NCBI RefSeq assembly: GCF_964204645.1
Contig: NC_134030.1
Coordinates: 12,111,947-12,175,946, forward strand
Length of the DNA stretch: 64,000 bases
Source: Tubulanus polymorphus
Lineage: Eukaryota > Animalia > Nemertea
Reading direction: 5' to 3'
Positions 11,608-24,900 of this stretch are shown here, one piece after another. Position 1 is the stretch's first letter. Each line of letters opens with the position of its first letter. The notes below the pieces were generated by a model. It did no database searches, was not told where the DNA came from, and saw only the letters and a program-made list of their open reading frames with translations. Position numbers and translations under genes: made by a program.

Positions 11608-12855
11608 ATCATCAGCCGGCCTCAGTGACACCAACGCCGGCATCGCTCGCTGCGACGTTTTGCATGCATCTATCTTACATGCATCAGAGCTTGGAGCTCT
11701 GAGATCAGAGGGTCTTGCAATTGCATTCAGAAAAATCGTTCTGTTTTTGTTTTCATTATTCAGTGGGGCCTAACAGTTCAGTTTTTTTATTTTACAAATT
11801 TTTCGCTGGGACAAGCCATTTTGGGGGTGTTTATGAAAATTTTAATATATTTATCTTCGAAATCATTATCATTTTAATTGTTTAGGGTAGTGGTTTTATG
11901 GATTTTAACCTCATCTTTCCACTGAAAAAAGAAATTATGAAAATCAGTGCGCAAATACATTTTTATTGTAGCGTTAGCATCCGTGACAGCAAATTTGCCG
12001 TTTAGAGTAGAATGAGCCAAATTACTACTTTAGCATTTCGTTTCGTATTTCGTTTTCGTTTACGTGGTTTCGTAGCAGCGGTATCATGGCCAGCTGGCTT
12101 AAACATGCGCACCCGAACAGTGTGACAGTGTTCCGCGGCAGCGGCGGATCCAGGAGGTGCACAGGGGGCACGTGTACCATAGTCCTTGTTATTTTTAGGG
12201 ACTGAACTTTTCGTGAGAAAGAAAAAAAGCCTGTGAAAAATCCCTGAAATGCGGTGGCAAGCGTTGTCGTCGTTTACCGACGCTAACCTTAATGACGGTT
12301 TTCATAGGTTACATTGACTTTTCTGAACAGAAGATACATTTTATCCAAAATACGTTAGGTGTATATGAACTTTAGCATTTACTGTTTGATTCTGCATAGT
12401 CTTGACAAAGGAACCATGATAAAACATTTGCTATTAACATTATATAGCAAAATAATCAAGATAAGTTTCTTCACGATAAATCTGTAAGCAGCGTGAAGAG
12501 CGTTTTTATATTTGTCACCATACGAGATATAGCCTATATTCTACCTACCGTCGCGAATGCACGGGTCCTATACACAGTACAATTTCAAGATAAGATAACG
12601 TATACAGGCCACAATCGACTGTATTAAACACTTGTTGCTTACGTACGTATATATGTATTCAAGGTCCTATCCTATGAATATATATGTCTAGGAATTAAAT
12701 GATTACGGTACGTGGATCTATATATAACATACGACGTAATTCCACTCGGACCGCATCTGACTTGACTATACGGTAAGTCATGAAATCGTGGCCTGGCGTT
12801 TCACGACGATGATAATTCACGACGTAGATCACCAGGAACCAGTTTTATATAGACT

Positions 12856-12929
12856 GGTATTTTCTTTAACCCAGGGGTTAATTCAATTGAAAATGAATCT
12901 AGTTAGCCCCGGGGTTAAAGTTAATACCA
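12856..12929. mobile_element. Small palindromic MITE remnant
   Basis: gtattttctttaacccaggggttaa ... ttagccccggggttaaagttaatac inverted arms. Confidence 0.5.
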
Positions 12930-13214
12930 CAGTACGACGTATTTTCTTTTTTGTCTGATGATAAGGGTTATCAAACTTTTCCCGACAAAAACATTTTTCT
13001 CCATGAAATAATTCCCGACAACAAATGTTTTCCTCTAGGCTATCTATGTACGTAAGATGAAAAGATAGACAAAAATCGAAAAAGTCGAATCATGAACAAA
13101 AATGTAGAAAAAAATCAACTGATCTTTGTTACAATACTGGTATATGATTTATTATATATCTGTTTATTGTTCGTATTTCAGGAAGTCACGTCAACGACAT
13201 ATTGAATCGACGAA

Positions 13215-14891
13215 ATGAATCACCGAGTGCTATTTTTTCTGGCCCTTTGTTATCTATCGTCGTGCGTTAGAGCCTCTGGAAATATGTGCGGTGTGACGCA
13301 GTGTTTTTGTGCTGGATTTCGCGTTCAATGCCAAAATAAGAGCTTAAAGGAAATTCCTGAACCGAATAGTGTAGGATCAGCCGCTATTGAATATCTAAAT
13401 CTAGACAGAAATAGTATCATCTCACTCAACAATGTGCAACTGTTCGATAAATTAAAGGAATTGACTTTGTCTTGGAATAAAATTAGCGATACCAGTGCTC
13501 TATTAACATTAGAAAAGCTGGAGGTGTTGGATTTGTCTCACAACTCCATTGATTATCTGGATGAACTGACATTCGGGGCTATGAAAAACCTTTGGAAAAT
13601 CAATTTATCTTTCAACAACCTGAGAATCTTAGAAAACCACATTTTCCCTGCTACCTTGCTATCACTAAGTTGGCTCGACCTATCTCACAATGGCATGACC
13701 GAGATCTTACCGTATGCCTTTGGTGAATTGCCTAAATTCCGCAGCCTAGACCTAAGTCACAATCAACTCCAAATGAATAAGCAAGATTCTAAAATATTCC
13801 GCGGTTTAGGAGCATTGGAATCATTAAGTTTACAGAACAATTCCATGCACGATGGCTCGATCTCCAGTGTTTTCAGGTATCTATCGAATCTACGTTCGTT
13901 ACACCTCGACGACAATGGAATAGCAGAATTACGCACCGATTCATTTGCCAATCTAACAAACCTGAAAAATCTCACTTTGTCCAAAAACCAATTGAAAGAA
14001 GTGCCGACAGACGGTCTGAAATGCATGCCATTTTTGGAAAGACTCGATTTGAGCATTAATCCAATCGAAGGTATATGGAATCACACATTCCCCTTGAATG
14101 TGAAGAGAAATTTGAAGTTCCTGAATATGTCGCACACAAAAATCAATAAAATTGGCAGTCACACCCTTCGGAATATAACCAGCCTCAATACTGTAGACTT
14201 AAGTTTTTGTTTGTTTCTTGAGAATATATCGCCGTATGCTTTCTATGGTAGTTTCCATCATATATCGATGGTTTATTTGAACGACGGAGTGTTAAACACG
14301 TTATCTCCTCTTCTTTTACCATGGGATACGCTTACTGTCTTGACTCTTAATGACAATTTGTGGAATTGTGATTGTAATTTAGCATGGATGAACAATTCAA
14401 CATTCGATATTACGTCGAATTTAAGGTACGTCTTAGGTTTTCAATGCAATATCTCCATATTCATGCCGGTAAATCAATCTTCATACTGGTTGATTTGTTA
14501 GTATTAAGACTGGCCGTTGGCCACCCTAATACTGACATAATTGATACCGTAATATATAAAACTCTTTTTATTCATTTATTTTGACAGGTGTTCGTTGCCG
14601 TATGATTTAGCTGGAAAGTTAATTTCACAAGTAAAACCACACGAGTTCATCTGCCTAAGTTCCTATAATCATGCTGTATTCATAACGAAGATCGTATTGT
14701 CAATTGCGGCTGCTTTGATATTCATTTCTTTAGTAGTTCTGTTGTTGCATAGGTATAAGCGATGGATACCATGTCTTAACGATGTGCCTGGTAAATATGT
14801 GACCCTTCGCACAAAAGAAGTTGAAACTATCAGTAGTCTGGTCGTTCATTACAGAGATGATGAAGTAAAAACCGGAATAGTTGAATTATGA
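13215..14891 (+). CDS. Single-pass leucine-rich-repeat transmembrane protein (signal peptide, LRRNT, about 12 LRRs, LRRCT, TM, short tail), about 504 aa
   Basis: join(13215..14425,14588..14891). A phase-2 GT-AG intron joins NLWNCDCNLAWM...NLR to CSLPYDLAGK...FIC (LRRCT). TM IVLSIAAALIFISLVVLLL. An upstream acceptor at 13181 and a possible 5'UTR donor at 12773 follow a TATA-like element. Confidence 0.92.
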
Positions 14892-17800
14892 TGGTGAATT
14901 GTATGATATATGGACCTGATATGGTTTCTAAAGCACACTGTTATCCGTACTCACGATTTTGAAATTAAAATTCACATTATCAGGAGATAAAACTATTTTC
15001 TAATTACAGATCAACTATTAGTTACTACGTATGGGCTACCGTTTTGTCAGTACCGGTATCTAATTGGGCAATTTAGCGTTATTTTTTTCAAGGTATTATT
15101 ACGTCGATATGATGGTTATATGAGTAAAAATACGAACAAGAGACGTTTGATTCGGTCTATCGAAAGAATTCTGTTCAGTCCTATACCGGCAGACAAGTTT
15201 TTTTCTACACGCAAATTCTCCATTTTCTTGCGCTAGGAAAAAAAACATCTTTAAAAACCCACTAGGAATTAATTCTGAGCGGACTATCGCGTTCACTATT
15301 CTTTCGCCCATAGACGAATTTAGTAATAGGCAGTTTCGAAGACGCTTAAATGGATTGTCTACGTTTGGTTTAGTATATACGTATGTCTAAGCCTATTCTG
15401 TACACATCGGCAGCCCATAGATTTAAGATGGCCGACTTGCAGACATTGTTGTTCGCCAAAACCAGCGATTCTACGCATTTTTGAAGTTTTCAAGGGAAAT
15501 GTTGAAAATGTTTCAACCAATCTAGTACGTATCTTGTTGTTCCGTATGCGTCACTCTAGGCTACAAGTTGAATTATCGGGAAGACGATATCGATGTTTAT
15601 AACCTCATTAACGCGCATTGTTGCATTAACTTTATGATTGAGTAATATAATTAAAGAACTAATTATCAGCTGAGTCCATCAATATTTTCACTTTGTTTCT
15701 ATCTTTATCCAGAGATCCAGAGATATGAACGAAATAAAAATATTAAACGGGGAAAAAATAGGGACAAAAAATTCAACAATGCGGACCCGGCGGGTACCCA
15801 AAAAAATGGCGCCTGGAAACTGTAAAAAGGCTTATTATCTAACAGCTCTAGGGCGCATCATCATAAGTAAACTGTGCGTCGATTGGACGCACGATTGCCA
15901 TCATGTGACCTTTTGCCACCGTACCGAAAAATAGGTTCGTGCATCGCTATTTCGCCGCCTGCCAGAAATATCTGTATTACGCAAATTCTTATAAATGCTT
16001 TTTCTATTGGAATATAAAAGATATACCTGGGAAAACACTGTTATAAAAATTGATATTTTCATTGTGCCTTTGACTATTGGTATAGCTAATATGGAAGCCC
16101 CTTCATATTCATAAGTGGACACTTACGTATTTGTTCTCACCATAAGGGGTAGTTAAATATTGAATTAGACAGAACTTTTCCATATAATTCTATTAATTAG
16201 TAACTATGCATAGGCCTATTTTGCAACCACAGTCAATAGCAAAATGGAAGCTCATCATGTTAAATCATTTAATGTAATTCATTTGCAAAGTGAATTCTGT
16301 CTGACTCTTTTGAATTCCTGCTCATGACAAGTTCTATAATTGTGAAAAGTTTAAATCTCATTGGCTACGTATTTCTATTAACCAGGTGGTGTTGAATGTT
16401 GAAATTATCAGATTGTCAAGCATTTCGCCAAAATGGGCGTGGTGTTTACTGGACCCCTAGTTTTATTCTATTTCTGGTTTCGGTTTTCTTGAATATATCA
16501 GGCTAAAAACCCTTTTTTCTCTTATCTACCGGGACATTTTGTAAATCACAATAAATTTGTAATCAGTTTCGTTTCTTTCGTTGCCGGGTCTGTTATAGTT
16601 ACTTTGATCATGGTATAAGAAAGGTTATGTACAGGGTAGATAGGCGGCCGGCAGAACTGAGAAACAAGGCATCAATATGTTTAGCCTAATAACAGAATAT
16701 CTTCTTATTGGATCGAATCAGCCGACCATCATTTGATTTAAACGAGTTAATTCGGATAAAAGTTCCGTTTTATACGTACCCCTCCTCCGCAACGAGCTTA
16801 AATCATCTCCGGTTTCGCACATCCAATGTGAAGAGGTCATTTCATTGAAACTAATATATAATTTTCTATGTAAATATGTTATTTGAAAATCTAATTAATT
16901 ATTACAAGCTCGATTTCAAAAGCTTACGCTATGAGTATTGATAGTTTTATATAATGCAAGTATGCGTACGTGCTGCGCATAATCACTGTATATATTCTAA
17001 CTGAGATAAGCAAATAATGTACATGTATCAAAGTAGAATAAAACGATAGATGGTAGAATATAATTTTAGCCTGTACAGTTATAATGGTCACGCCTATTTG
17101 ATGTACTATGTGTTAGTGTAAATATATGAGAAGTATAAATTAACAGTATAAATTAACTTAATATTAAAAAACAAAAAGAGACTTTAAATATAGAATGATT
17201 TTTTCCAATGATTCGAGAGAATTATCATAGGGTTAACATAACTTTACCAGCCTGCGCCGTCGATAAGCGGTTTGTCAAAACATGGCAATTTCTGAAATGA
17301 AAATGATGTAATATCCATTGTCCTGAAACAACTTCGATCCAATTCAAGTTATTGACACAAGGCCGCTCGAATATGAACCCTAGTTTATTAGCCTAAGATT
17401 AATCCCGTATGAAGGGGTGGGTGAATGTCATTTTTATCAACTTTCCTTAAAGAAAAACACGACCAAAACTATTTCAATGCTATTTTAAAGGAGACGAGGG
17501 TGAGTTATATTTTCATTTAGAGATACCAGCGCCAAATATATAAAACAATCATTTATAACAATTTTACGGCACGTTTTCTCTAAAATCTCACTGGTGCTAT
17601 CAAATCAAATCTCACTGGTGCTAACAGCCATTCACACCGCGGCTCCACGAGCTTGACATTCAACTCACCCATACTTAGCAACGTTTTTATACAAATTCGC
17701 AGAATCAATTCTGACCATTTTCATGGCACAAATTTTCTGGGTATCAAAATTGATCATTAACTTTCACAACAATGATGTTCAACGTTAGGTATCTAGAAGG

Positions 17801-19991
17801 ATCAGTTTGTTAAATAGACTAAATAAAACAATATTTTCTCGAGATAGCTCTTTCTCTTACCCAGTTATGAATAAAAGTATAGTTTAGTTTGCCGGAACGC
17901 GTATCTTATACGCAGCTATTGCAACATAGGTTGGGCTCAAAAAATGATGTCATCGGAATTTTGGAAGGTTTGAACTGTAACTGATCACAAAACCTTACCA
18001 GAAACCCGATTGGTGACTCAAAAATCATTAGTAATAAAAAAAAGAAATAATTTTTATTCGAGAAGAAAATCGTTCCGTTGATTTTGTTTCATGCCGGGTA
18101 CGCGTATCATAGGCCTGCTTAAGCAGTATTTTTGTATTGATCCGGTGTAAGTTGTACGAACCCACAAAAGGCGCAGTGCAGTAATCATGCGGTAGCAGCA
18201 TAGAACGTTCTGCATGTTTACTTAATAAACAGAGCGACATTTTATTTATTTTACTCTATTAAATTGACATGTACTACTTTAATGTGAACAGATATTACAC
18301 AAGAAAATAGTATCCAGTCCGTTTGAGGACTTAAGTCACGGAGATTGTGAAAATTAAATGACAACGGCCTCAGCAAAATGATGTAAATAACATGTTGAAT
18401 AAATGATCGTATATCGCCCTAAAACGTTCTGTAAATGCTGATGAATGTATATTATTTTCATGCTTTAGATTTACTCATTTCTGTTCCCCGTCCAACTCGG
18501 TGTCTGGGAAGCGACAGAATTTGTCACGTGTAAAGGACGTAAATCTAGCGGAGTAAAATGCGGATGATCTGAGAAGTGAAAACACCGAGATGTGTTTTTA
18601 GAGACAAGAATCAAGCAGATTCAGTTGCATATTTTGCTACCGGTAATTTGGAAAATACATGTATATACATGTACTTTCACAATAAAACTGCCTTCGCATT
18701 TTTGTGAAACTTCTCCCGTATATATTACATTTGAAAATATTGTGTAGATTTCTTTCGAATTAACTCTAAAAATTTTGATACCATTTACGCAGGGTCATTC
18801 AGCAACCGTGGTACGAAGCAATCATATCTTACTTGTCCCGTAAGATACTGTTGAATATGTGCAAACTTTAACGGGAATATATGATCGGTTCATTTTTCCT
18901 CCTTACAAGCACAGCGGCTCTCGACGGTCCTTGAAACTGAGAGGACTGGCTCATCCAAAACATATTCGAAAAGTTTTTCTGATATGTGCCGCTGGCATGA
19001 TAACCGAGTGCCATTGTCTCGCCGATAGCAGTTGGTCGTGGTGTTGCTGGTTTAAGATTTTGTCACTGACCTCATCCTTAGATTCAGGTCTTACCTACAT
19101 GTTTTGATATTTGATAAGTTTTAGCACTGCCAAGGATACACCCCCTCACATGAAATTGGGATCACCCTGTGTTTGTTCTCAGCACCAGGAGGTTGTTGAT
19201 ATTGGATTATGATATATCTAGATTTATATCGGTACCATATTATGCAGTCATTTAAAAGTTGTAGCTCATGAAATGTTCCTTTGATTGTGGTGAGTGAAAC
19301 GAATAGACGTAAACTGTGTTTTCGTACAATTCCATGATCAGCAGAAAGGTGTACTTTCGTGCTGGTCGACCAGTTGATACCGTGCGTATGCTGTAGAGAG
19401 ACTATTAAAGAGGTGTGCTCTACTATCGGAAGCGATCCTTTGTCGAACGTCTCTTAAAATCCGAATCCAGACGAGGAGAATACTAACTAGTAAATTTTCG
19501 ATGATCTGACGTGAATATTATTTATTGATGTATGTCAAAGCTCGCGACTCGCAGGTCGGCCTTTTCGTTATAGTATCCGGAGCTCACGACTCGCATGTCG
19601 GCCCTGTTCTGATCTGATCTATCCTGAACTGAACTGGACTGGACTTTCTGAACTATCTCAAAAATGTTAATTAGATATTTATAAGTGATGACTAGAGTTG
19701 ACATAAGCGTAAAACTGACATGTGAGAGATTGCCAAACTTACAATATACTATTCAGAACTATGATGATATTAATTATCTTTCTCCAAAGTTGGTAATTAC
19801 TAAATCAATAGAGTATCTACTACAATTGTTATTTTACTGATAATCATAAGATATACATCTGACATTGAAACTATAGTGTAAAATCCTTATTTCATAAAAC
19901 GAGTTTCAAGGCCATTGGCTCAGTATATGTTCACCAGGGGCATTAAATATTGAAGTTATAACTTGAACATTTCAAACAATGTGGCGGTGTC

Positions 19992-20261
19992 CAGGCCTGT
20001 GCCGATCTTTTTTGAGAGGCAGTTCTATTTCAACAAAAATGGCACTTTTTTCACCATAAAAGGGCCACTTTCTTATTGAAAAAGGGAAGCTATCTTAATA
20101 TGTAGAGCCCGCCGGGTACCTGAGTAAATCATGTGTATGGATTACTATTCATTTAAAGAAAATAAACATGAAAGTTGTATCCAAAGTTTTGAAAAACCTT
20201 GACCCAATTTTTTTACACTGAATTTTTGAAGGGCACTTCAAAATTTACCCCCACAGGCCTG
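19992..20261. mobile_element. MITE with CAGGCCTGTG TIRs and 5-bp TSD (hAT5-like)
   Basis: GTGTC|CAGGCCTGTG ... CACAGGCCTG|GTGTC. Confidence 0.75.
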
Positions 20262-20602
20262 GTGTCCCTGAAATAGCTTTTGTTAAAATAAAAACCTAGA
20301 TACGTGTAACCTTCATACAACGCCTAGGCCCTATTACATTGACATCTATTCTTACGTCGAAAATTTTTATTTGAAAATAAAATAAGCGAATCACAAAGAC
20401 CAATAAATGTTCATCCATCTATTAGAAGCTAGAATGTAATTTTTTCAGTAATCGTGGCAGTTCAAACAGGCGTGTGTTAATATTTCCAGCCTGAAGCATA
20501 TGTGATTTAATCATCTGGACGGGTTTTCGTGCTCTGTTGAGCATAAAATAATACGTGTGTACGGTGTTGCATTTGGTGAACTTTTGGTATCGAAAATAAA
20601 TC

Positions 20603-21541
20603 ATGAATCTGGTAGCGTGGTATGTTATGGTAATAGGAGGACCAATTGTACTAACTGCCGGCTTGATAGGTAATACCCTCATTATTCTTACATTTACCAC
20701 TCAGAACCTGAGGGCCACGTCGTCAGCTCCACTGTTCATAATGCTTGCGCTTGCCGACTCGTTTTACTTAATGACGTCATTAATCCGGCGTTGGGTATTT
20801 TATTATTCCGGGATGAGAGTGGATATCCGAAGCTTCGGCGACTTGTTCTGTCCAATTCATACGAGTCTCACATACGCATCGCGTATGATATCTGCCTGGA
20901 TGCTGGTGCTAGTCAGTATCGAGCGGTGTATCGCAGTTGTAATGCCGTTGAAAGCTAAGCTAATTTGCAAGACCAAAGTAATGATATTAACTGCTGTTAT
21001 AGCATCTTCCGTTATCATCGGCGGTCACGGACATTTTTTGGTTGGCATTGAAAATATAAACGGTACGCGATGCAGTCTTGACGAATCTAGTGCATATCAC
21101 AAGTTCTTCTATACAATCTGGATATACATCGATTTGTCATTGAGCGTTGTGTTGCCTTTCACAATATGTTGTTCATGCAATTGCCTCATCGTACGTGCTA
21201 TTAGGAAATCTCAGTTGAGAAGAAAAATGATGGTAAAAAAAGGAAATGGACAAGCCGGGAAAGAGAAAATCGACAGTTTAACTGCCATGTTGTTGATAAC
21301 CAATGTAACTTTTGTAGTAACTACGCTGCCCTATACAGCGTATAACAATAATGTGAAGCGTCGACAAGATTTTAATGAACTTTATGATTCGACGATGATT
21401 TTGGTTTCTTACGTTAACTACGCAATTAATTTTTGGTTGTATTGTTTTAGCGGGCCTCGGTTTAGAAAACAACTTAGGTCCAAAGTATGCCGAAGACATT
21501 GTTTCGTCCATGACAAAATGCATCGTCCCATTCGAACCTAA
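20603..21541 (+). CDS. Intronless rhodopsin-family GPCR (FMRFamide/peptide-receptor-like invertebrate expansion), 312 aa
   Basis: Seven hydrophobic segments: TM1 GLIGN, TM2 LALADS, TM3 C...SIERCIAV, TM5 VLPF, TM6 TLPY, TM7 NYAINFWLY, helix 8 PRFRKQL. In-frame stop just upstream of the ATG. Confidence 0.93.
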   Translation: MNLVAWYVMVIGGPIVLTAGLIGNTLIILTFTTQNLRATSSAPLFIMLALADSFYLMTSLIRRWVFYYSGMRVDIRSFGDLFCPIHTSLTYASRMISAWMLVLVSIERCIAVVMPLKAKLICKTKVMILTAVIASSVIIGGHGHFLVGIENINGTRCSLDESSAYHKFFYTIWIYIDLSLSVVLPFTICCSCNCLIVRAIRKSQLRRKMMVKKGNGQAGKEKIDSLTAMLLITNVTFVVTTLPYTAYNNNVKRRQDFNELYDSTMILVSYVNYAINFWLYCFSGPRFRKQLRSKVCRRHCFVHDKMHRPIRT

Positions 21542-21913
21542 TCACTTGAAACTCGCATTATTTAAAACCAGCTCATCAGTTAATATGAGCTTTTTGCAAA
21601 GTTGGTTCATTACGTGCACATAATCGTTCGCCCACAGAAATGAGAATGTGAAACCGTGGTGAATGAAGTCGTTTTTCCTCATGCTTACTGCAAATGATAT
21701 AGTAGCCGCAGAATATGATGCGTATACATACGTAGAATTTATTTTTATGAGCACAAAACCCTTCACATCTATGGAGCAATATTTGTTTAAGCAATTCTAT
21801 TCATAAACGTATAGCTTACAAACATGTGTGACAAGTATAATTTTCATTCCTATATTTCATTATACAGTCCTACCATTATTTCAATTCGTGACCTACAATG
21901 AATGGGATTCGAC

Positions 21914-24900
21914 TCAGAATTTAGATGAAGAGTTATTTGACGTGGTCGCACTTTTGTCACCCCAATATTCATTATCAGGTGACCACGTGCGGTGGTCCTC
22001 GCTAAGTCCACTGCTCTCAATTAGCCGATTAGCTCGATCTTCAGCTACCTGCTGTTGAATCGCGTGTTCTTCCTCTAATACTAAAAGCTGTCTGTATTTG
22101 GAAAGATGTTCCTCCGGATAGGTGACATCATTTAAGGGAACACGAACAAGACCATGACTGTTTGTAGTGATGGCGATGAAGATGAGTGTCGTCAACGCGA
22201 AGGGAAATTGTATTGGAGGCAAACCAAACTGAAAACATAGCGCACGAATTGATAAACATACGGCCAATTCAGAAATTGAGATATAAAATTTCCTGGTACA
22301 CCAAAGAGAGAAGAATTAATTTAGAAAATTCAATACAAAAATTCAATTCAATATAATGAGAATAATTTTTCACGATGACTATTTACTTACAGATTGAGAC
22401 ACATTACACATACAACCATAAGTGTATGTTGTAAAAAGACCTGTTAACACAAATCAAGACAAGAATCATACAAAGTTTCATAAAACAATCCAATTTCATA
22501 ATATAATACTGTAGAAATGTACGTACCTGCTGATAGCGCAAGTAGAGTAGATTGCCACGTAAACACCCAAAAATAACCCCCTAAAGCCGTGCTGGTTAAT
22601 ATGCTATTGTAACTCCACATGCCCGAATATATCTGAATTGGTGGTACTGCTAAACTTAAACCTAGAAATATTGTTTTTACAGCATCATTTGGAGCAAGAT
22701 TTATATACATCAGAGATTGTGTGCACAAAAATGCACTAATATCGTTGAACGCGTTAATGTATTTCAAAATATTTTTCGGAACGCGAGGCAGCCAACTTCG
22801 CCCGGCGCACACCTTTGCGATTGATCGTATGATCGCTTCACCGCATGGTTTTATCGCATCATCGTAAAGGTATGCAGTGGCATCCGGTGCCGATTCGTCG
22901 TATCATCGCTTCATCGCAACAAATCAAACATGTTTGATATTTTCGCATGCGATTGTAAATTGTAAAGATGTGCGGGCTACGCTGCCGATGTTCTGAACGA
23001 AAATTTTTAGTAGCCATTCAGAATTAAGGATGAAGCAGTCACATGATGCTCAAAATGGCGGCTCAGTCACGTGATTGAATTCAACTCGAGGCCCTCGCAA
23101 ATAAAAATCGCAAAGGTATGCGGGGATGATGCGATTTTCATCGTGGCATCGCATGCGATGATACGATGACACGATGATCGCAAAGGTGTGCGCCGAACGT
23201 TCTTATGTGATCGGTTTGCCAGTTGATGAAGCACTTCCGATTTGGTCGACAGACGTGGGTCGTTCCAGGGCCAGTTAGTTAAAAATTCCCTCAAATTCCG
23301 CATCAGAAATGGTGTCTTCAAGTTAGGATTTAATTTGGTTAAAAATGGTTGGGTAGTTTTTGCGGTGCCCTCTTGAAAAAATTCTCTTCACGCCGTTTAC
23401 GTGACATCACACATCACGTGTTGCTTATGACGTAGGGTATAGTGATTGACAAAGCGCCATTCTAAAAATCGTTGTATCGAGGATGTCAACTTTATAGGAC
23501 CGTACGCAGTCTAAAGGTGAGTGGCAACATATGGTGACTAAACTTAATTCCTTGTGAGCGCACATAGGTATGGTGGCTGATAAGGGCCATGAAAATATTT
23601 CATGATAAAAAAATTATTTCGTCATGAAAAATAAATTACTATCGAAAAATATACGTGAGTGAAAATAATTTCATGAAAAATAATTTTCCATCGAAAAATA
23701 TTTCTTGAGTGTAAAATGATTTTGTCATGAAAATGATTTTCTATCGAAAAATATTTCGCGAGTGAAAATAATTTCGGTGTGAAAAAAAAAATCGCCTTCG
23801 AAATATATTTTGTGAGTGAAAATATTTCCTTCAGAAATATTTTCCTATGTCTAAAAATATCTGCTGTAAAAATAATTTCTGGTTTTCACGTTTTCGCGCG
23901 CTCTATATCGATTGCGCTACAACTAGGGCGCAGCAGTGTTTGTACCGTTAAGTATGTAGTGTGTATAGTAGTGTGTTGAACGGGACATCAAAGATGTCTT
24001 AGTTTTCGATCCTACGGCTACAGCAACTTGTATTTTGGCCCTTTTTATTGATCGGCGGAGTCTACTACATTGACCAAAATATTTATTTCTTGATGGACAC
24101 TAGGATGTTGATGGAGGTGTGAGGAGGAATCAAAATCAAGAGCCCTAATTTTGTTTTTGTCTGTACAAAATTTTTGATATTTTTGGCCCTAATTTGTGTT
24201 CACATGGACCCGATGACAGCACCACCATCCCACCCTTCCTAACGTTAGGTCACAAGGACTCGACGACATTTTAGGATCAAAACCAAAGCTCTACCCATGT
24301 ACCCTGATTCATGTGTAAATGAGAGCCGTGTGGTATCCCCTATTATATGCACGCAGTGTGTACCACGAGGTAGGGCTAGAAGCATTGATGAAATAAGATC
24401 AGGTATATACGCAATCGACAAGCGCGCGCGCACACGCGTGCGCTAGCGGAAAACCCAACAATTATTTTCACACCGCAAAAATATTTTAGTCGTCGGAATA
24501 TATTTTGAAGGAAGGCGATTTATTTTTCATTGCTGAATTATTTTTACTCAGCATATGTTTTGAAGGGAAGAAAATTATTTTTGCTTACGAATATATTTTG
24601 ATGGAAATTTATTTTTCACAGTGGAAATTATTTTTACTGACGAAATATTTTTCGTTGGAAATTTATTTTTCATGAAATTATTGTGACTCACGAAATATTT
24701 TTTTTTAATGGAAATTTATTTTTCATGACGAAATAATTTTTTTGTCAGGAAATATTTTCATGGCCCTTATCAGCCACCATACATAGGCCCTCTGAGAATC
24801 TTGAGACGTTCACAGCATTGAAAATTATCGCAAATTGCCAATGGTCGGCTAATCAACACGCACACGCGCTGTCAGTTTGGCCTACGTGACTAAACAGAGC

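Noticed and set aside
14426-14501. LRR protein ending at 14501 as a secreted single-exon product
   Set aside because: Splicing at 14426/14587 completes the LRRCT and adds the TM; the read-through tail is intronic.
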